Shown: positions 61,809-64,000 of the stretch, piece by piece | How positions within the stretch are numbered: position 1 is the stretch's first letter | Layout of the letters: each line of letters starts with the position of its first letter | NCBI GenBank assembly: GCA_013265495.1 | Contig: MU058337.1 | Coordinates: 4,086,880-4,150,879, forward strand | Length of the DNA stretch: 64,000 bases | Direction: 5' to 3' | From: Vicugna vicugna | Taxonomy: Eukaryota | Program-made: the position numbers and the translations under genes | The notes under the pieces: model-generated | The model's database searches: none | Seen by the model: only the letters and a program-made list of their open reading frames with translations | Told to the model about the DNA's origin: nothing

Positions 61809-62216
61809 TGTGTTAATTTCCTAGGGCTGCCGCGACAAATCACACTAACTGGGTGGCTTTAGATGACAGAAATTTATTCTTCACTGTCCTAGAAGCCAGA
61901 AGTCTTAAATCAAGCTGTCAGCATGATCACACTCCCCCAAAGCCTCTAGAAAAGCATCCTTCCCTGCCTCTCCTGGCGTCTGGCAGGTTCCCAACAATGC
62001 TGGTGCTTGTGGCTCGTACGTGCGTCTGTGTCTGTGTGCCCACAGTCTGCTCTTCTTGCAAGGACACCAGTCATATCAGGTTTAGGGCTCACCCTACTCT
62101 AGCACGACCTCATCCTAACTTGATTACATCTGCAAAGACCCTATTTCCAAATAGAGTCACATTCACAGGTTCTGGGTGGACACGAGTTTTGGAGGGGCAC
62201 GATTCAATCCAGTAGA
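61809..62216 (-). mobile_element. MaLR solo LTR (MLT1C/D-like)
   Basis: tgtgttaatttcctagggctgcc...acagaaatttattcttcactgtcctagaagccagaagtc...ttacatctgcaaagaccctatttccaaatag...cacgattcaatcc. Confidence 0.85.
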
Positions 62217-62599
62217 GGGGTCATCTCCAGAGAGATGGCCACCTGTTCCTCTGGGCTGCTTCAAAGGACATAAATGTTGGAAACTCAAAGCAATAGGAGA
62301 GGTGCCACCCTTTGTAATGAACGGTGTGGCCCAGTCGCCTGCAGCTGCCCCGGCTGCAACAGTCTGGGTGCACAGTCACTGCATGTCAGCTGTCCTCGTT
62401 CTGCTTCTGTATCTCAAAAGCAGCTTTGACAGTAAGCAGTTCTCTACTACTTATGGGGCTACCTTTTAGGAGAAATTAACACAGGGTTTAGGATTCCCAG
62501 ACTGGGACCCACCTGACTACTTCACCTCCCCGCCAGCCTTGCCAACAAGAACATGTTGACAGCCACAGCTCCATCCTCCAGGGGTTGGCGGACGGATAG

Positions 62600-63170
62600 T
62601 TTTGGATACAGAAGCTCAAAGTCTCAGTTATAACGTAAGTTCTGGGGATCTAACGTACTGTGTGGCAATTACAGTTAATAATACTGTATTGTGTACTGAT
62701 ATTTGCTAAGAGACTAAATCTTGTGTTCTATCATAAATGAAAAAGACAATTGTTAACTGTGAGATGATGGATGTGCTAATGTGACTATGGTAATCTTTTC
62801 ACGGTGAATATATATATCAAACCGCCATATTGTGTATCTTAAAAAAATCATCTTGAGATTTGCAGATACTAAGTACTATATATAAAATAGATAAATAACA
62901 AGTTTATATTGTAGAGCACAGGGAACTATCTTTAATATCTTGTAGTAACTTACGGCAAAAAAGAATATGAAAATGAATATATGTATGTTCCTATGTGACT
63001 GAAGCACTGTGCTGAACACCAGAGTGACACAACATTGGAAACTGACTATACTTCAATAAAAATATTTTTTAAAAAGGGAAATACACATCACAAAAAAAAA
63101 ATCATGTTGTGCAACCTAAGTATGTACAATTCTTATTTGAAAATCATACCCTCAATAAAGCTGAACAAGC
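62600..63170 (+). mobile_element. L1MA-like 3' end split by a younger L1 insertion
   Basis: cagttataacgtaagttctggggatctaacgtac...ttaataatactgtattg...tttgctaagagactaaatctt (62600-62840), resuming as ttgtgcaacctaagtatgtacaattcttatttg...cctcaataaagctg (63106-63170). Confidence 0.75.
62852..63094 (+). mobile_element. Younger artiodactyl-type L1 3' end nested in the older L1
   Basis: ttgagatttgcagatactaagtactatatataaaatagataaataacaag...aactgactatacttcaataaa. TSD aaaaaaatcat at 62841-62851 and 63095-63105. Confidence 0.85.
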
Positions 63171-64000
63171 AAATAAATACTTTTTTTGAAACTCAGAAAG
63201 ATGCTCACATCGCTGCATTTCAGAGAACGGCCCTGAATAATCCCAGGGATGGAGACCGTGGGGCTGTCCACTGCTCTCCAGCCCTAGCGACCCCCTCGTT
63301 CCCACATCCCGGATCCTCCCTGAAGGTCCAGTTCAAGAGAGCAACCCTAAGGGCCGCTCATCATACGGCAGATCTAGTGAATCATGTGAACTGACACAAG
63401 CTCATTTTCAAGAGAATCGATCCGGGGAGAAGAGGGTCTTTGGGGTTGTGGTGGGCTCTGATAGACAGCAGCCCTCCAACTGTAGGAGGATGGTACCACA
63501 TGGTGGTCAGTCCCTTGGAATGAAGAAGGGAGAAAGGGGCCAAGATCCGCATTGAGCTGGAAGCCTCTGCTCTTTTGCAGTCAGCAACTATAGGACCCTC
63601 AAGCCAGGGGCAGGCGGGCCAGCTCCTAATAAAAAACCCAGGGTGTCTCCTCTGCCTTTGAACGATTTTTACCCAGCCCTCAACTGCGAATGGGAGTCGG
63701 GGGTCAGAACTGCAGGTCACCGTAGGAGCAGAGGCTGCCGATGGCCCCATCTCTGGGGCCCCAGGACAACCATCAGGCCTTGAGGAAGCCCTGCCTCCCT
63801 TTCCTGGCAGGTTGGATGCTGAGACTCCAACAAGAGGTGAGGTCTAAACCTGGAGTTGGCAGAATGGCCCCAAAACTGAAAGGAAAACCAAAGGCCAGAT
63901 CCCAGTGAGGGTGGCCGCTGGGAGCAAGAAGTCATTCAGAAGCTGGGACGCGAGCATGAGGACCAAGTCCACAAGGTAAGGGACTTGGGGGATCTGCACC

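Noticed and set aside
1..64000. CRISPR arrays, operons, rRNA or prokaryotic defence systems; a second protein-coding gene
   Set aside because: The DNA is intron-containing mammalian sequence. I found no regularly spaced repeat-spacer array and no other recognisable coding exons by eye, though small or non-coding exons could be missed.

Overview
Mammalian genomic DNA, most likely a camelid (Camelus/Vicugna/Lama), inferred from four tRNA-derived Vic-1-like SINEs and artiodactyl-type L1 3' ends. The only gene I can support is an intact, + strand, six-exon SLC10A2 (ASBT/IBAT, apical sodium-dependent bile acid transporter). CDS join(10238..10614,16912..17030,21180..21268,22466..22641,24579..24736,27510..27637) = 1047 nt = 348 aa, with all introns GT-AG. 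The rest is promoter, UTR, intron and about 34 kb of apparently gene-free 3' flank filled with repeats: MaLR/MLT1 and ERV solo LTRs, L1, L2, MIR, MER2 and a decayed hAT-Charlie transposon with nested insertions. I see no convincing novel biological system. The best second-look items are an old ~200-bp duplication shared by introns 3 and 4, changes in the ASBT N-glycan and C-terminal regulatory residues, an extreme GC3 spike in exon 2, a convergent CTCF-like motif pair, and a possible short L1 3' transduction. Repeat family names and comparisons with human or rat ASBT come from recall, not from database searches.
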